Part shown: positions 32,812 through 44,644 of the stretch, piece after piece | Numbering within the stretch: position 1 is the first letter of the stretch | Layout: each line of letters begins with the position of its first letter | NCBI GenBank assembly: GCA_946965045.2 | Contig: OX337232.1 | Location: 2,480,001 to 2,544,000, forward strand | From: Epithemia pelagica | Lineage: Eukaryota; Protista; Bacillariophyta | DNA length: 64,000 bases | Direction of reading: 5' to 3' | The notes under the pieces: generated by a model | What the model was told of the DNA's origin: nothing | Seen by the model: only the letters and a program-made list of their open reading frames with translations | The model's database searches: none | Translations under genes and position numbers: made by a program

Positions 32812-34763
32812 TCAATCCACTTTTCTCACCCCTCGTAATTGGCGATCACAATTAGGATAGCGGCGGCACCCAAGCACACTACCAATATCTTTCGGGTCCG
32901 GATCACGTTGTCGAACTTGTGAGGCCATTTCCAATGCTTGTTGTATTTGAGCCTGTACAGGATTGTTTTCGTTGCCTGTAGTGGAACCAGGATTGTTTTC
33001 GCTGACTGGAGTGGAACCCGGGGCACATGGCATGGCGTTGAGAATTCCAGCTGCTGTGTCAAAGTTCGGAATACCTGCACCAACCCTGTGTTGCTCCGCG
33101 GTGGCTGTAGCAGAATCTATGATGGCCTGACCGACTTCACTTTTACAGCCCGGGTACAAACTCATCAGCCAGGCAGCAAAGCTCGAAACATGAAAAGCCG
33201 CAATGGATGAGCCTTGTGCGACGGTATAGGCGGACATAGCAAAATTCATCACTACTTCATCTCCATTCTCAAGCGCCTGCTCGATGATTGCACTGTCTTC
33301 AAAGTTGATTTGAAGATATGGTTGTTCCCTTGTATTCTGGAAAGTTGGATCGGACCCGACCCATATAGAGAGGGGGTCTTCTGCCACGACAACCACACCT
33401 ACACAATTTGTAAAATCTTGACATTCTTGAAATGCTGCCGTCAATCCCCCCTCATCATTATTCGGACATCTGTTGAAAAACATGAAAAACTCCGACTGGG
33501 ACTGCTGAAACTCAGGATTCGCGCAGTCTACACCGATTGTGAAGCCGCATCCGTCGTTAGCTCTACAAACTTTGGCTGTTACTGCGGCGGTCGGAACAGA
33601 AGACAAAAACAGCACATCTCCCCGCAATTCTTCATGCGTGGGCCCTATGGAGAGGCCGGCGCTTAAGGACAAGGTGATAACCCCGGCACCTGGTCCGACG
33701 ACATCTGGGTTGTCTGAGGAGAACGACGCCGGTTTCAATGCTTGGTCCACCGCGCCAACGGCAATCACATTTTCGTAAGCCGCGGGATACATTGCGCTCG
33801 AGCCTGGTCCGGAATTTCCAACCGCCGCCACAAACAGTCTCTCCTGGGCATTGTCTGAAATAATTTGTTGCATTTGGGTATTGTAGTCGGGTGATCCCAA
33901 TGACAAATTAATAATATCAGCTTCGTGTAATATAGCCCAGTTAATGCATTGAATGACTTTCTCGTTCGTTGTCTCGGCTGTAGCCCCGTCGCCGAATATT
34001 TTTGCAAAACGAAATCTCCAAGACTGATCTTCGCAAGAACCCAACAGCCCCGCAGTTCCAATTCCATTGTTATACTCCGCACATCCAACGCCACTAACTT
34101 CAGTACCATGGCTGGAAAACAACGTAGGGGAATCATATTGGGCGCCGTCCACAAAAGATGTTCCAACCCAGTTGGTGTAAAACTAACCAGCGCAAATCAT
34201 GAGTGTCAAGGAAGCAAAGCCGAAGCGCGGAAACATTCTTCACTTACGGAGTCAACATGATCCATGGAAATTCCGGAGTCGCAGATAGCAATTGTCACTG
34301 GTCCAGGTGTTTCAAGATTTGGATTCGATGGAGGGAAGGTCTTTCCCATCATGGCTTCAAGTCCCCAGGAAGTATGCTCGGTTGTTCCAATCGATGATAA
34401 TTCTTCATTGTGATCCCCCAAAACAAAGGACAGTTCATACGAGATACCATCATACTCGATCAAGACAATCTTTTTTCCATCCAGTTCCATTACTTCTAAC
34501 AGGTCCTCGTACTCTTCAATTGTTACTTCCCTGCGCTCTACTTCTTCGGTCCCTTCAAAATGAATATCAACCAGAATCGTCCTTGAAACATCAAGCCTTC
34601 TTCGAATGTTTTCCACTTCTTTCAGGTGTCGTTCCGCCATGACTCGGGTTCGTTCCTCATTTCGATCGAACGCAAAACTCAAGGGAAGACAGACAGCAAG
34701 GAACGCCAAAATTTGGCAAAGTAGGTACAATGATCGACCATGTCTTGCAAGGTATCGCATCAT
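32812..34763 (-). CDS. Secreted subtilisin-like S8 protease with inserted PA-like domain (2 exons)
   Basis: CDSG (Asp), HGT (His), AAVGNSG (Asn), GSSIAAFHVS (Ser); 65-nt phase-0 intron 34247-34183 joins DHVDS/FYTNW in frame. Confidence 0.88.
32958..33017. repeat. Two 30-bp tandem copies encoding GST(P/T)xxENNP in the protease C-terminus
   Basis: caggattgttttcg...gtggaac repeated with period 30. Confidence 0.85.
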
Positions 34764-36353
34764 TGGTTACTATTGATGTTTTCCAAGGTTGGTGGTTGGT
34801 ATTTCAATGTGTGTGTGCTTTGCAGAATGAAAGATAAATGAGCTCGTTCAAGTCTTTCGTTGGATCAATCGAAGGCGAGCTCCCTCTGGTAAAGAATGCG
34901 GGTTCGGTGTTCACAACACCTTTGGGCGTTGCAATAGAGAGGCCAACAAGAGTCGATTTGTGCGTCTCTGAGGTAACGATTTGAAGCAAGAGGGAAAGGC
35001 CCTCGGAGTGTGACAACTGCAACAACTCCGCCTCGAGAATTAATAGTGCAGTGGGTGGAGGGAATGCTTGTTATTAGTGTTTGTGGTCTGTTTCATGCTT
35101 CTTACACGTAACTACTCGTACACTACATCCTCGATGGAGGGAAGAAGGGGTCCAACATCCAACGATCAGGGAGCGCAGTTCGCCTGGCGGGCAACCTCCC
35201 AGATAAAGTGATTCTACAGCTCTGAATTTTAAATTAACGGAACCAGAGACAGCCTCACAAGACTGTCGGCAGTCGCGCCAAAAATTTTTCAGTTTGGATG
35301 CCTCTTTCCAATGGAAACATCGGCTACTTGACTTTCCGTTCAAAAAAGGCCATAATCAAAAGGGGTATTTCTGTGCGCACATCTCTAAGTAGATCAAATT
35401 CGATTAAATAATTAATACAGCCTCAAATTTTCACTCGTTCCCCACGGTCCCCCATCTTTGAAACACGATTGGTCACCCAGTCCCCATCAATTTTAGTTTC
35501 TTTCTTCACGAAACTTGTTCTGACGATTGTACACTGTAATAACGGAGACTCCGTCCTGGTCATCCGACATCCGATGCGAGTTCTTTGGTAGCCAACCAGA
35601 TTTTTGCCTCACAATGTCCGTTCGATGGGGTCAGTCTTGGGGGTCCACCCTGCGCGCCTCGGGTGAGTCGTATTTCTGGTTTGTGGAGTTTGTAAATTTT
35701 GGTCGTCCTCACAATTTTTGAATTCGCTGTGATCTTGCCAGGACCGCGAAAGATTTTTTCTTGCGGACGCAAGGGACAAGGTAAGGGTTCCCAGTTGACT
35801 ATGGCATATGGCAAACGGCAAGACACATGCATATTTCCCGGTGGTTCGGCGTAAAGGGTGACTCGAATCTCGAACTAGGAATTCGCACTACTCCTACTCC
35901 ATCTATCTAGCTAGGACTGCTTGTATGTGCAATAAATTTTTAATAATCCATGATGGATTTCTCGAAAAGTGAGCTTTCGATATAGGAACTGTTTCTTTCC
36001 GTCTTTCCTGAGCCATATGGTATCCCAGGAACCAGGCCTACCTTATCATTTTGAATAATATCAATAGCAAATCCCACGTTCTATTGTAGTCGTAAGTAGG
36101 AGTAAACAATACAGATTCGAGACCATAGACTGATGAAGCGCAGCTGCGGCCGAGTAAAGTCAGAGGACTTGAATAACGGGTAGAGCGGGTAGACTCCTAC
36201 ATTGGTCTGTCCGGCGTCAGGAGCGTTTATGGATCATTGATGGGAGTGTTGTTGGGCAGTGATGGATTGAGGACCACCGGTTGTGTTTCAGTTTGCAGTA
36301 GTCGCAAACACTTCGGCCAAACGGTTGCGGAAATATAAGCCTTGTGTGTTAGA

Positions 36354-37721
36354 ATGCAGTTGATGGCCAAACAAGAGCACTTGATGGTAAAACAACAGCA
36401 GCAAAAACAACATGATCCGGAACAAAAGCTTCCGACAAGGATGGAGCTGTTGATGGATCTGGAGGAACACAATGATTATTTTGATATGATGGCCGAATTG
36501 TTCTCCGGCACTGCAAGGCCTAAATCCTGGACGACGACCACTCTTCCTCAGGGAGCAAAAAATAAAAGTAAGACAAAGAATGATACAGCAGCGTCCGTTC
36601 CGCAACCAAAGGCTGCAAAGAACAGCAAATATTACAAGAAGGAGGCAGCTCCACCTGCTCAGAAAATGGCCAAATTGCAGAAACGCTCACCCGCTTCCAA
36701 AATGGATACCGACCAAAAATTAGAATCCGAACCGGAAGCCAAACGTCGCAAGCTTGAATCAGCAAACAGCGGAGACCAATCCAAAACGAACGAGGCAAAC
36801 GAGACTTCTCAGGCCAGCACGAAAGCCGAAGTTCCGTCAGAAAAACAGTCACAAACTGGAAAGGACCATGACAGCAGCAATAACACCAACAAATCTCGCA
36901 TTGAAAATTTACGCGCCAAACTTCAAGCAAAGATTGCAGAAAAACAGTCCAGTCGGCCTTTGCGTCCGGATCAGGTGAGCAAACGAGCTGCGCGACGTGA
37001 TGAAAAACGAAAGCGCCAGGAAGAAGCCAAGAAACGTGCGAAAAAGGCTGGCTCTTCTGCAGACTCGAGATCGACCAATATAAACTATTCCAGTAATGGC
37101 AATCCAGGTGATGGAGATGAAACTGTCAGCTCACGGACGCCAGCGCAAGATTTGGCCTTGGTGGATTATGGACGATTGACTGGGTTAAGCCCTCGAAGCC
37201 GTATGGATCCAGCAACCGCGCAGAGCCAAAATATTTTGCAAAACCTGACCAAACCCAAGAATTTGCACAAAATGCTCAAGGATGCCGAAAGCAAACGCCA
37301 AAAGATACAAGAACTGAAACAGAAACAAAACGAAAGTAGCGAGGCACAAGCCAAGTTGGAGGCCATACAATGGAAGGATGCCTTTAAGGAAGCCGATGGA
37401 ACCCGGGTCAAGGATGATCCAGCCCAAATAAAATCAACCTTGAAGCGCAAGGCTGCCAAAAAGGCCAAGAGTCAAAAGGCATGGCAGTCACGAACAGAGC
37501 AACAGGCAGCCACTTCCAAGGAACGTCAAGAGATTCGGCAACACAATCTCAAATCGAGAAAACAGGGCGGAAAAGTGGGTGCCAATCTCAGTCGCAAAGA
37601 AATTCGACAACATCCAACGTCCGAGGGGAACACTGATGCCACTAACAAACGCTCTCGAGCTGGTTTTGAGGGAAGAAAGAGGGAGTTTTTGAACAAGGAA
37701 AAGAAAAAGACGCATCAATAG
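36354..37721 (+). CDS. SURF6: Surfeit locus protein 6 / Rrp14 ribosome biogenesis factor
   Basis: N-terminal LEEHNDYFDMMAELF; C-terminal VKDDPAQIKSTLKRKAAKKAKSQKAW and RAGFEG. Confidence 0.9.
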   Translation: MQLMAKQEHLMVKQQQQKQHDPEQKLPTRMELLMDLEEHNDYFDMMAELFSGTARPKSWTTTTLPQGAKNKSKTKNDTAASVPQPKAAKNSKYYKKEAAPPAQKMAKLQKRSPASKMDTDQKLESEPEAKRRKLESANSGDQSKTNEANETSQASTKAEVPSEKQSQTGKDHDSSNNTNKSRIENLRAKLQAKIAEKQSSRPLRPDQVSKRAARRDEKRKRQEEAKKRAKKAGSSADSRSTNINYSSNGNPGDGDETVSSRTPAQDLALVDYGRLTGLSPRSRMDPATAQSQNILQNLTKPKNLHKMLKDAESKRQKIQELKQKQNESSEAQAKLEAIQWKDAFKEADGTRVKDDPAQIKSTLKRKAAKKAKSQKAWQSRTEQQAATSKERQEIRQHNLKSRKQGGKVGANLSRKEIRQHPTSEGNTDATNKRSRAGFEGRKREFLNKEKKKTHQ

Positions 37722-38036
37722 TTTTCTTACATAGAAGGTTCAATTGTGACGTCCACTAGCTCTGAGTATATTTAGGTAGTCTTCCTTGCATATCAACGTT
37801 GAAGAATCGGTGATTCTCGAGAATATGAAGGAGACGTACAGTGAGAAACACGTGCAAACAGTCAACTCATCGTTTTGAGCAAGATCTGAGGATTCCATCG
37901 CAATCCTCTGCCAGCACTTGATCATACACATGCCATGCCGACTACGAGGTACACCATAAGACGGTTCAGTGACATGTCGTGGCAAAAAGCTCTTGTATTT
38001 CCGTGTGGACCACACCGCCACGACGACTGCACCATT

Positions 38037-38780
38037 TCACGATAAGCCGTCATGAGTCAATCCAAAGTACAAGAATTTGAGTGGTTCTCCAGACGATTTG
38101 GACACGGACAAGGAATGATTTTGATGGGGGCCAACCAACACAAACGATCCAGCTTGAACGGTATGCTGTGAAGTAGATCTTGCTCGTGTAGTCGAATCGC
38201 TGCCATGAATAGTCGTTTCGGAATCATGGATGTTGACGTTGACCGGAGGAGGATCCACTTGGACCCATCCTTGACCTTGCAAAACGAAAAAGAACTCGCT
38301 CATGCTGTCATGTTGGTGTCGCTCTACTTTTTGCTGTTGCACATGGTCCAATATTCCAATTGATACTCCCGACAAGGCCGGATGCGCCACAAAGGCATCC
38401 ACCAATTGTTGTTTCTCTATGCCCGAGTGAGACGTGGATTGAAGTGGTACCTGGTTGATATGCTGGACCATTCCAGGGTGGAACCGTATGGGTCCTTGTT
38501 GTTGCTGTTTGTTGTCGTTTTGATGCTCCAGTAACATGGCACTGTGTGTACCAGAGGCATCCGTTGCAACACTGTGCCATACTCGTTCCGATGAAGTTGC
38601 CGTTGTGCCTAATGACGACGTTGCCGACCAGAAATTGGAATGTCCATCTTGATGCGACAAATGACAGGATGGAAAAGGAATGTTCGCAATCATAAATCCA
38701 AAAACCATTCCACTGGCAAAGCAAAGAATACAAACATGAAAGAAGGAGGATCCGTTTGAACGGCGTCGATTAAACTTCAT
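38037..38780 (-). CDS. Cupin-domain protein with N-terminal membrane anchor
   Basis: HQHDSMSEFFFVLQGQG and VQAGSFVLVGPHQNHSL cupin motifs; hydrophobic segment near the N-terminus. Confidence 0.85.
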   Translation of the reverse strand: MKFNRRRSNGSSFFHVCILCFASGMVFGFMIANIPFPSCHLSHQDGHSNFWSATSSLGTTATSSERVWHSVATDASGTHSAMLLEHQNDNKQQQQGPIRFHPGMVQHINQVPLQSTSHSGIEKQQLVDAFVAHPALSGVSIGILDHVQQQKVERHQHDSMSEFFFVLQGQGWVQVDPPPVNVNIHDSETTIHGSDSTTRARSTSQHTVQAGSFVLVGPHQNHSLSVSKSSGEPLKFLYFGLTHDGLS

Positions 38781-39083
38781 GGTCGTCGTCTCTATCTTTT
38801 TACGGATACCGCGTAAAAATTCCATCCGAAGATGAAAACGCCCTACCAAAATCAGAAAATGATGCTATGTCAGTTTGTCGGTAAAAGTATGTCAGTATAT
38901 CCATTTTGTCGGTTGAATGTCAATTCCGTCAGCCATCCATTTTGCGAGCCATCAACAACCGCATCAGAAGCCTTTCTGTGCTTCCATGTCTGATATATTG
39001 ATATCACCATCCTCTAGTAACCAAAGAATGGTGATCGATTTGAGTGAGGCATGTTTTCCAGAGTCCAGAGAGATGGCAAGACG

Positions 39084-41705
39084 ATGAAGAAAAGAGCGTT
39101 ATGGTTTGGGGTTCTGTTGCTTTTCAGTTCCGTGGGGTCGTTGCACCACGCGACGGCCTTCTTGTCACGGTCGGTGATGGATTGCCGGCGGTGTAGTGGT
39201 AACTCGGGGCCGGTTCGGATAACCCTTGGCAGTCGCAAGAGGGGAGGTATTCAGGATCTTTGGCACAGTTCGGCATCCCTCTCGTTGGAAAGTCACGCTG
39301 AGTCTCAGTTCCATCATCCAAAGAGATTGGGTCGCGTTTCCGACGACATGGGGAAACCAGTGAATGCTTCATCCTTTCCTTGGTTGGAGAATAGTACAGG
39401 TCCACCAGATACCTCCAATGAGATTGCTGAAGTACTAGTTCAGAAGTCCAAACGGTTGGTCCAACGGCAGCGAGCAAATGCTCGAAATGAAAAGGAAGAG
39501 TATTTTGTGAGGCCGAACCAAACCGATGTTTTATTAACCAGTGAGGAGGAAGAGTCCATTTGGAAACTAGTATCGAGCATCAACGTGTCTGATTTGAACC
39601 TTTATTCGACGCACAACACCCTTGCATCCCTGTCCCATCTTGTTCAAATGCAAAAATCGCAAAACTTGGTCTTGGCCTTGGATCCGTACATTCAAACTCT
39701 TTGGAGACACTTGGAGATGCACCAAGCGGAGCGATATCTCTGTCCACGGCGATGGTTGGAATGCCTCCAAACCGCAACTGTGCTTCGTCTCCGATACATT
39801 TCACCCCTCTATACCAAGATTTGTGAACGTTTGACCAAGGGAGATTCTCTGGCCCGATTGAAACCTCATCAATTGGTCCAAGTCTTGCAGTGGGCATGGA
39901 CAACCACCAGAGCCCGTCATGGCCGACGTTCGTTTGGAACGGACCGCCCTGCTGATTATGTAGAGCATTGTGAGACGCAGTTGGTACGGTTGGTTGCCAA
40001 ACGCTTGCGCAAACAGCAAATGAGACAAAAGACCGACAATCCTACTCTCTCCCGTGCCATTTCGGGAACCTGCAAACTACTCAAGTATCAACTTATTCAA
40101 AAGGCCAAGATCCAGCATTCAAAGTCCATTTCTTTGGACAGTGAATTAAAACAGCTTGCCTATACTCTTGTGAAGGAGCGAACATTGAGACTGGCAAGAG
40201 AAACACAGGACGACCAGAATCAAGGACCAAATGCCACAACATCATCATCATCATCATCTCCGTTGACTTCAACAGAGGTGGCATCCATGTTTCAATGTGC
40301 GCAACTTGTTGTCGTCAATAGAACCGATGCCTTGGTACACCAACTTTCGTCCGTGTTGGAAAATCACACCACAATGGATTATTTGAGCTTTTCGCAATGT
40401 GCGACTATATTTGAAGCATTGGTACAATGGCGTGCTCCACCCTCCTCCATGGCTGTCCAGGCCATGGGTCAAGCGTTGCTCCTTCACCAACTGGAGTCAG
40501 AGTCCCCTGTTCGTCCCAAAGACGTTAGTTCAATTCTCCGAGGTGTGGCGCTTCTTTGTCGTTCTTCGTCTTCATGGAACGATGCTGTATCGCCGTTTCG
40601 GACCTTGGCGGAACAACTCTTTCGAGAAAAGGAATTCCTCAACACTTGCAGCCTTCGGATATTGTCGAATTTTATTTGGTTCGGCTCCATCCTGGGTCTC
40701 TCAGAACATGCTGCCAATATTCTGGGCAATCAAGTCCTCCAGACGTTGGATCGCATCAACGTTCACATGGTTTCGCCCAAAGTAGCTGGTCGGGTTTTGA
40801 GTTCATTTACCATATGGATTGTGGATCGAATCGAGTATACAAGTGGTGGCGAGAGGATTGCTTCGATTCGCCTCCGTGATCTTCTTGTTCATTCCTATGA
40901 CATTCTCGGGGAGTACCTAATGTCGAATCGATTGGATCCACACGACATTACATCTGCCCTTTTGGCCTATGCCAAGGCGGGGTATACCCTCGACCCCACT
41001 GTCATTGACCATTTGGCGGCCGCCTTGGTCGTACGATTGGAAGAGTGCTCGGTTCGTCAAGTAGCCCAAAGCCTCTGGGCCTTGGCCAAAATTCGCGAAT
41101 GGAATCTGGCTCGTGATTCTCCCACCATCAGCCAACGCAATCCGCTGTACCTCTCCCATATACCTTCCATTGTCTTTTACTTGAGTTCTCATGCATCTCA
41201 GCTCTCGACTGCAGATGCCACACAAGCCATTTGGGCCATTGCAAAACTAGAAGCCTTCAACGAACCCGTACACAGTCTTATGCAACCTCTCTTTGAACGA
41301 ATCAACAATATCAAACATCTCATGTCTGCACAGGAGACGGCCAACTGTCTTTGGGCGTTGAGTAAAATTCCCAAGAAGGCCTACCAGACGATATTTCATC
41401 TCACGCAACATTTACGAAACAAAGAGGTTTTCAATACCCTGGAACCGCAGGAAGCGACGGCAATTTTGTATGCCTTGGGTCGATTGGATATTCGGGAGGA
41501 ATGGTTGTTTGGTCAGCTTTCGCAAGTGATACTGTCCAACGTGGAGAATACCAGCTCTCCAGCCATTGCCCATATTTTGTGGGCACACAAACGTGTACAC
41601 TTGAAACCCCCAAAAGAAATCTTGAATGCCTGGACGTCCAAAAAACTGGGAATCATTCCCGTTTCTAGTATGAATGATGATTGGTACGATGGGGAACTGA
41701 TCTGA
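39084..41705 (+). CDS. Helical-repeat (OPR/FASTK-like) organellar RNA-binding protein, probably plastid-targeted
   Basis: Signal peptide + ATA-FL; repeats of about 38 aa (VAQSLWALAK, ATQAIWAIAK, TANCLWALSK, ATAILYALGR). Confidence 0.75.
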   Translation: MKKRALWFGVLLLFSSVGSLHHATAFLSRSVMDCRRCSGNSGPVRITLGSRKRGGIQDLWHSSASLSLESHAESQFHHPKRLGRVSDDMGKPVNASSFPWLENSTGPPDTSNEIAEVLVQKSKRLVQRQRANARNEKEEYFVRPNQTDVLLTSEEEESIWKLVSSINVSDLNLYSTHNTLASLSHLVQMQKSQNLVLALDPYIQTLWRHLEMHQAERYLCPRRWLECLQTATVLRLRYISPLYTKICERLTKGDSLARLKPHQLVQVLQWAWTTTRARHGRRSFGTDRPADYVEHCETQLVRLVAKRLRKQQMRQKTDNPTLSRAISGTCKLLKYQLIQKAKIQHSKSISLDSELKQLAYTLVKERTLRLARETQDDQNQGPNATTSSSSSSPLTSTEVASMFQCAQLVVVNRTDALVHQLSSVLENHTTMDYLSFSQCATIFEALVQWRAPPSSMAVQAMGQALLLHQLESESPVRPKDVSSILRGVALLCRSSSSWNDAVSPFRTLAEQLFREKEFLNTCSLRILSNFIWFGSILGLSEHAANILGNQVLQTLDRINVHMVSPKVAGRVLSSFTIWIVDRIEYTSGGERIASIRLRDLLVHSYDILGEYLMSNRLDPHDITSALLAYAKAGYTLDPTVIDHLAAALVVRLEECSVRQVAQSLWALAKIREWNLARDSPTISQRNPLYLSHIPSIVFYLSSHASQLSTADATQAIWAIAKLEAFNEPVHSLMQPLFERINNIKHLMSAQETANCLWALSKIPKKAYQTIFHLTQHLRNKEVFNTLEPQEATAILYALGRLDIREEWLFGQLSQVILSNVENTSSPAIAHILWAHKRVHLKPPKEILNAWTSKKLGIIPVSSMNDDWYDGELI

Positions 41706-42232
41706 TGTCAAATGTTGTATTGGACTTGTACCATCGTGCCGCGACAACGAAAACTCGGATGAAGCTCAATCCGCAAGATGGATTCGTGGTGTTTCCCGCC
41801 ACAATTAGCAAGGTTCATGATCCATCGTTAGTCAAAAGACAACGGATCACTAGCTTGGTTTCCGTTGACACTGTCATTGCGTAATGCACTTGCCTATAGG
41901 GTCGCATCAAGAATATTGACCATATTCTTTGTAGAAGTCCAGCAGCTTACAAGGACATGAACAGCAAAATGCTAAGATTGAATGATTCTATTGCATTGAC
42001 TTTCAATTTCTTTTAAGTCTACACAGGAAGCGATTGATCTAAGAATGGTTTTGGAAATGAGAAACAGCGGAATAAGCAGAGGATTCGTTCATGGAATCTC
42101 CCATCTGTTCATTGATGTCATCACCAACGTTGGTATTCATCCCAAGGTGAATGTGGAGTCGGCAAACCTTCTCTTCATGTGTCATACACAGGATTCTCGT
42201 CAGTCAAGCTGGAGCGAAAGTAAAGAGTATCT

Positions 42233-43612
42233 CTACTGCATGGCTCCGACCTGTTGAAAGTACTTCCACAAGACACTAAAGACAGCCCCTTGAATGGCAT
42301 TGGTCAAGAGTCGCGTTTGAAGGCCACGTCCCAAAAGACCTTGAATACCATCTTGTTCCACAATCATGGCCACAATTTGTGGATAAGACAATTCCTGTTG
42401 GCTACCATCTTTGTTGAGTTGCGCCGTTTGCTTGGTTGTCTTTATGACCCGTAAGGAATTGGAGGTACAGTCCGACACACAGGAGGCACACAAACCAAGC
42501 AGGGCCGATCGGGCCAAAGACAAGAGCAAGTCATCAGAGGCGTCGACGACAGGAAGTTGTGCATCCAAATAATTGAAGGTCGCAAACCATGGAAAATGGC
42601 CCACTGCCGTAGCTGCTCCCTGTGCCAAGGCTCCACGATACAAAGGCGCCGGACCTTGAGACACTGCACTGGACCACAAGCGTTCCAATCCCTCTTGTCC
42701 CTCTACTTGCATGCTTGTTTTGGCAGCATCTACCGGCATGAGGACGATTCGCCACAACCCCGCAGCTATGCTCCCCATGGCCGTTTTAAGAGGAAGGGGC
42801 CAGTCTCGAGTTTCCTCCAAACTCTCTAACAACGCTAAGATCCCAACATTGGCCGCTGTGTCTCCAAATCGCGTCAATGGTCCTTGGATCAGAGCAAAGG
42901 GAAGTCCTTGGTACAAACGAGCCAACCCGCCTTGCTGCCACAAGGTTTGCAAAGAAGATGATAAATTTCCTCCGTAGCGATACTGGTAATTCATGCTGGT
43001 ACGAAGCCACATGAGACTGCATACTTGGACGACGGCTGCGGAGGCACCGGCTTTACCACCTCCCAAAGCGCGTTTGGATGCCTTTTTGAAAATGGCCTGC
43101 CAGTCCACGGCCGAAGACGCTGTAGTCGAAGCAATGTCCAAACTTGTTGAGCGAGGAGCATTTAATGAAGAAGAATCCTTCCAATTTGAGGGACGTGGAG
43201 GGTGGGCCATGGATGATGAGGATTGTAGCACGGTGGAAGCGTCCGCTGCGCATGGGTCACTTGTTGTTGTGGCAAAAGCTCCTGTCATTACGGCAAGTCC
43301 CAGTAGAACCGCTCTTCTTGATGGCTGGTCTCGCAATTCATCTTCCTCCAACTCAAAGTGAATTGACTTTCCTTCTCCTGTTTTCTCGTGGACATTGAGA
43401 GCCGCGTCATTGTCGGTATGAGCATGCAAACCATGCAACGATCGAGGTGCAGCATAATTTTTTGCAGTAGGAGACTCAATTGGAAAGCATTCCTGGTAGA
43501 GACGTCGCCCTTCGTTCTTCCGTACTAACGAGAATCCCTTCACACATGGATATGAAGAGAAGAGTGCCGGAACCACAAAAAGTAGCATCATTTTCTTCAG
43601 TTCGAACGCCAT
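42233..43612 (-). CDS. Mitochondrial-carrier-family (SLC25) transporter with bipartite-like presequence
   Basis: PVDAAKT and NSLRVIKT signatures, three-repeat pattern; leader MMLLFVVPALFSSYPCVKG-F. Confidence 0.85.
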   Translation of the reverse strand: MAFELKKMMLLFVVPALFSSYPCVKGFSLVRKNEGRRLYQECFPIESPTAKNYAAPRSLHGLHAHTDNDAALNVHEKTGEGKSIHFELEEDELRDQPSRRAVLLGLAVMTGAFATTTSDPCAADASTVLQSSSSMAHPPRPSNWKDSSSLNAPRSTSLDIASTTASSAVDWQAIFKKASKRALGGGKAGASAAVVQVCSLMWLRTSMNYQYRYGGNLSSSLQTLWQQGGLARLYQGLPFALIQGPLTRFGDTAANVGILALLESLEETRDWPLPLKTAMGSIAAGLWRIVLMPVDAAKTSMQVEGQEGLERLWSSAVSQGPAPLYRGALAQGAATAVGHFPWFATFNYLDAQLPVVDASDDLLLSLARSALLGLCASCVSDCTSNSLRVIKTTKQTAQLNKDGSQQELSYPQIVAMIVEQDGIQGLLGRGLQTRLLTNAIQGAVFSVLWKYFQQVGAMQ

Positions 43613-43918
43613 TGTCCAGATTCTGGGTCTATCAAACAAAAGTGGGCAGACACGTCATCGCATTGTCAAACAGCTGAGAAGGTAGCAGACATAGCTTATC
43701 GGGCGAAAGTCCAGTATTGGAGCGTAGCAATAGCTTCTGATCAAATGCTTTGGATTCTGCACTACTATTTGATATTTGATTCATTCTCTTCTTTCTACTG
43801 TGATTCAACACCATCACTTGATCGCCGAGCATACCCTTGGAAGAGGATGACCAACCCATGCTTGCAAATATAGCAGATCCTATTCAACAACAGCATATCG
43901 CAACAGCCGACTTATCCA

Positions 43919-44644
43919 CTACAGTTCACGACTTTCCGCAGTTGGCAATGTGGGTGGAGTCATACCCAATCGTTTTTCTTCATGCCGAATGGCGGTATCG
44001 TACTTTTTCAGTATCCGGTAAAACAATCCCGCCAACTTTTTGACAACAGACGCACCACCATTGTCGGCACCAACAAGCGTTGTAGCCCCAACCTTGGACA
44101 TGAGATTGTTGACCGTCTCTTCAATTTCTGTGGACGTTTTGTTTGAATGCATTTGGTAAATACCTCGAAATAATTCTCTGTAATGAGTAATAACCTCCTT
44201 TCGATCCACGCATGTGCAGTGATCATTTTGGAGCTCCCCAAATCCTTTGATACCAAACATGGTCGTACCCATTTGATACATTTGCGCCGCTTGAGGACAT
44301 TTGGCATTGTCGGGAAACCTTGTGGAACACAACCGTTTCATGCAATTTCCAAAATCTTGTTCACAAAACTGTTTGTCGATCCCGCACGTGGCATAACAAA
44401 CATCGTGTCGATCGCAACAATAGGTAAAATCTTCTTCTCCATCAACGACCAATGCAGAGGGCTTTGAACATCCATTGGACGCAGGAAGAGGTGATGTCTT
44501 TTGCACAAGAATTTTCGGTCCAATGCATGTCATGGCAGCCAAACAGCCACCACCATGCAACGACCACAACCCAACCAGGAATGTGGCCAACAAAGAGTGT
44601 CTTCCAATCAAGGCACGGTGCAAGTGGTAAATATTCTGCACCAT
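43919..44644 (-). CDS. PLA2G12: Group XII secretory phospholipase A2
   Basis: Signal peptide, NGCS, CCDRHDVCYATCG (His-Asp) and FCEQDFGNCM. Confidence 0.88.
   Translation of the reverse strand: MVQNIYHLHRALIGRHSLLATFLVGLWSLHGGGCLAAMTCIGPKILVQKTSPLPASNGCSKPSALVVDGEEDFTYCCDRHDVCYATCGIDKQFCEQDFGNCMKRLCSTRFPDNAKCPQAAQMYQMGTTMFGIKGFGELQNDHCTCVDRKEVITHYRELFRGIYQMHSNKTSTEIEETVNNLMSKVGATTLVGADNGGASVVKKLAGLFYRILKKYDTAIRHEEKRLGMTPPTLPTAESREL

Noticed and set aside
35030-36340. Long intergenic region searched for MITE ends or ncRNA
   Set aside because: No TIR pair, TSD or recognisable RNA-gene signature found by eye.
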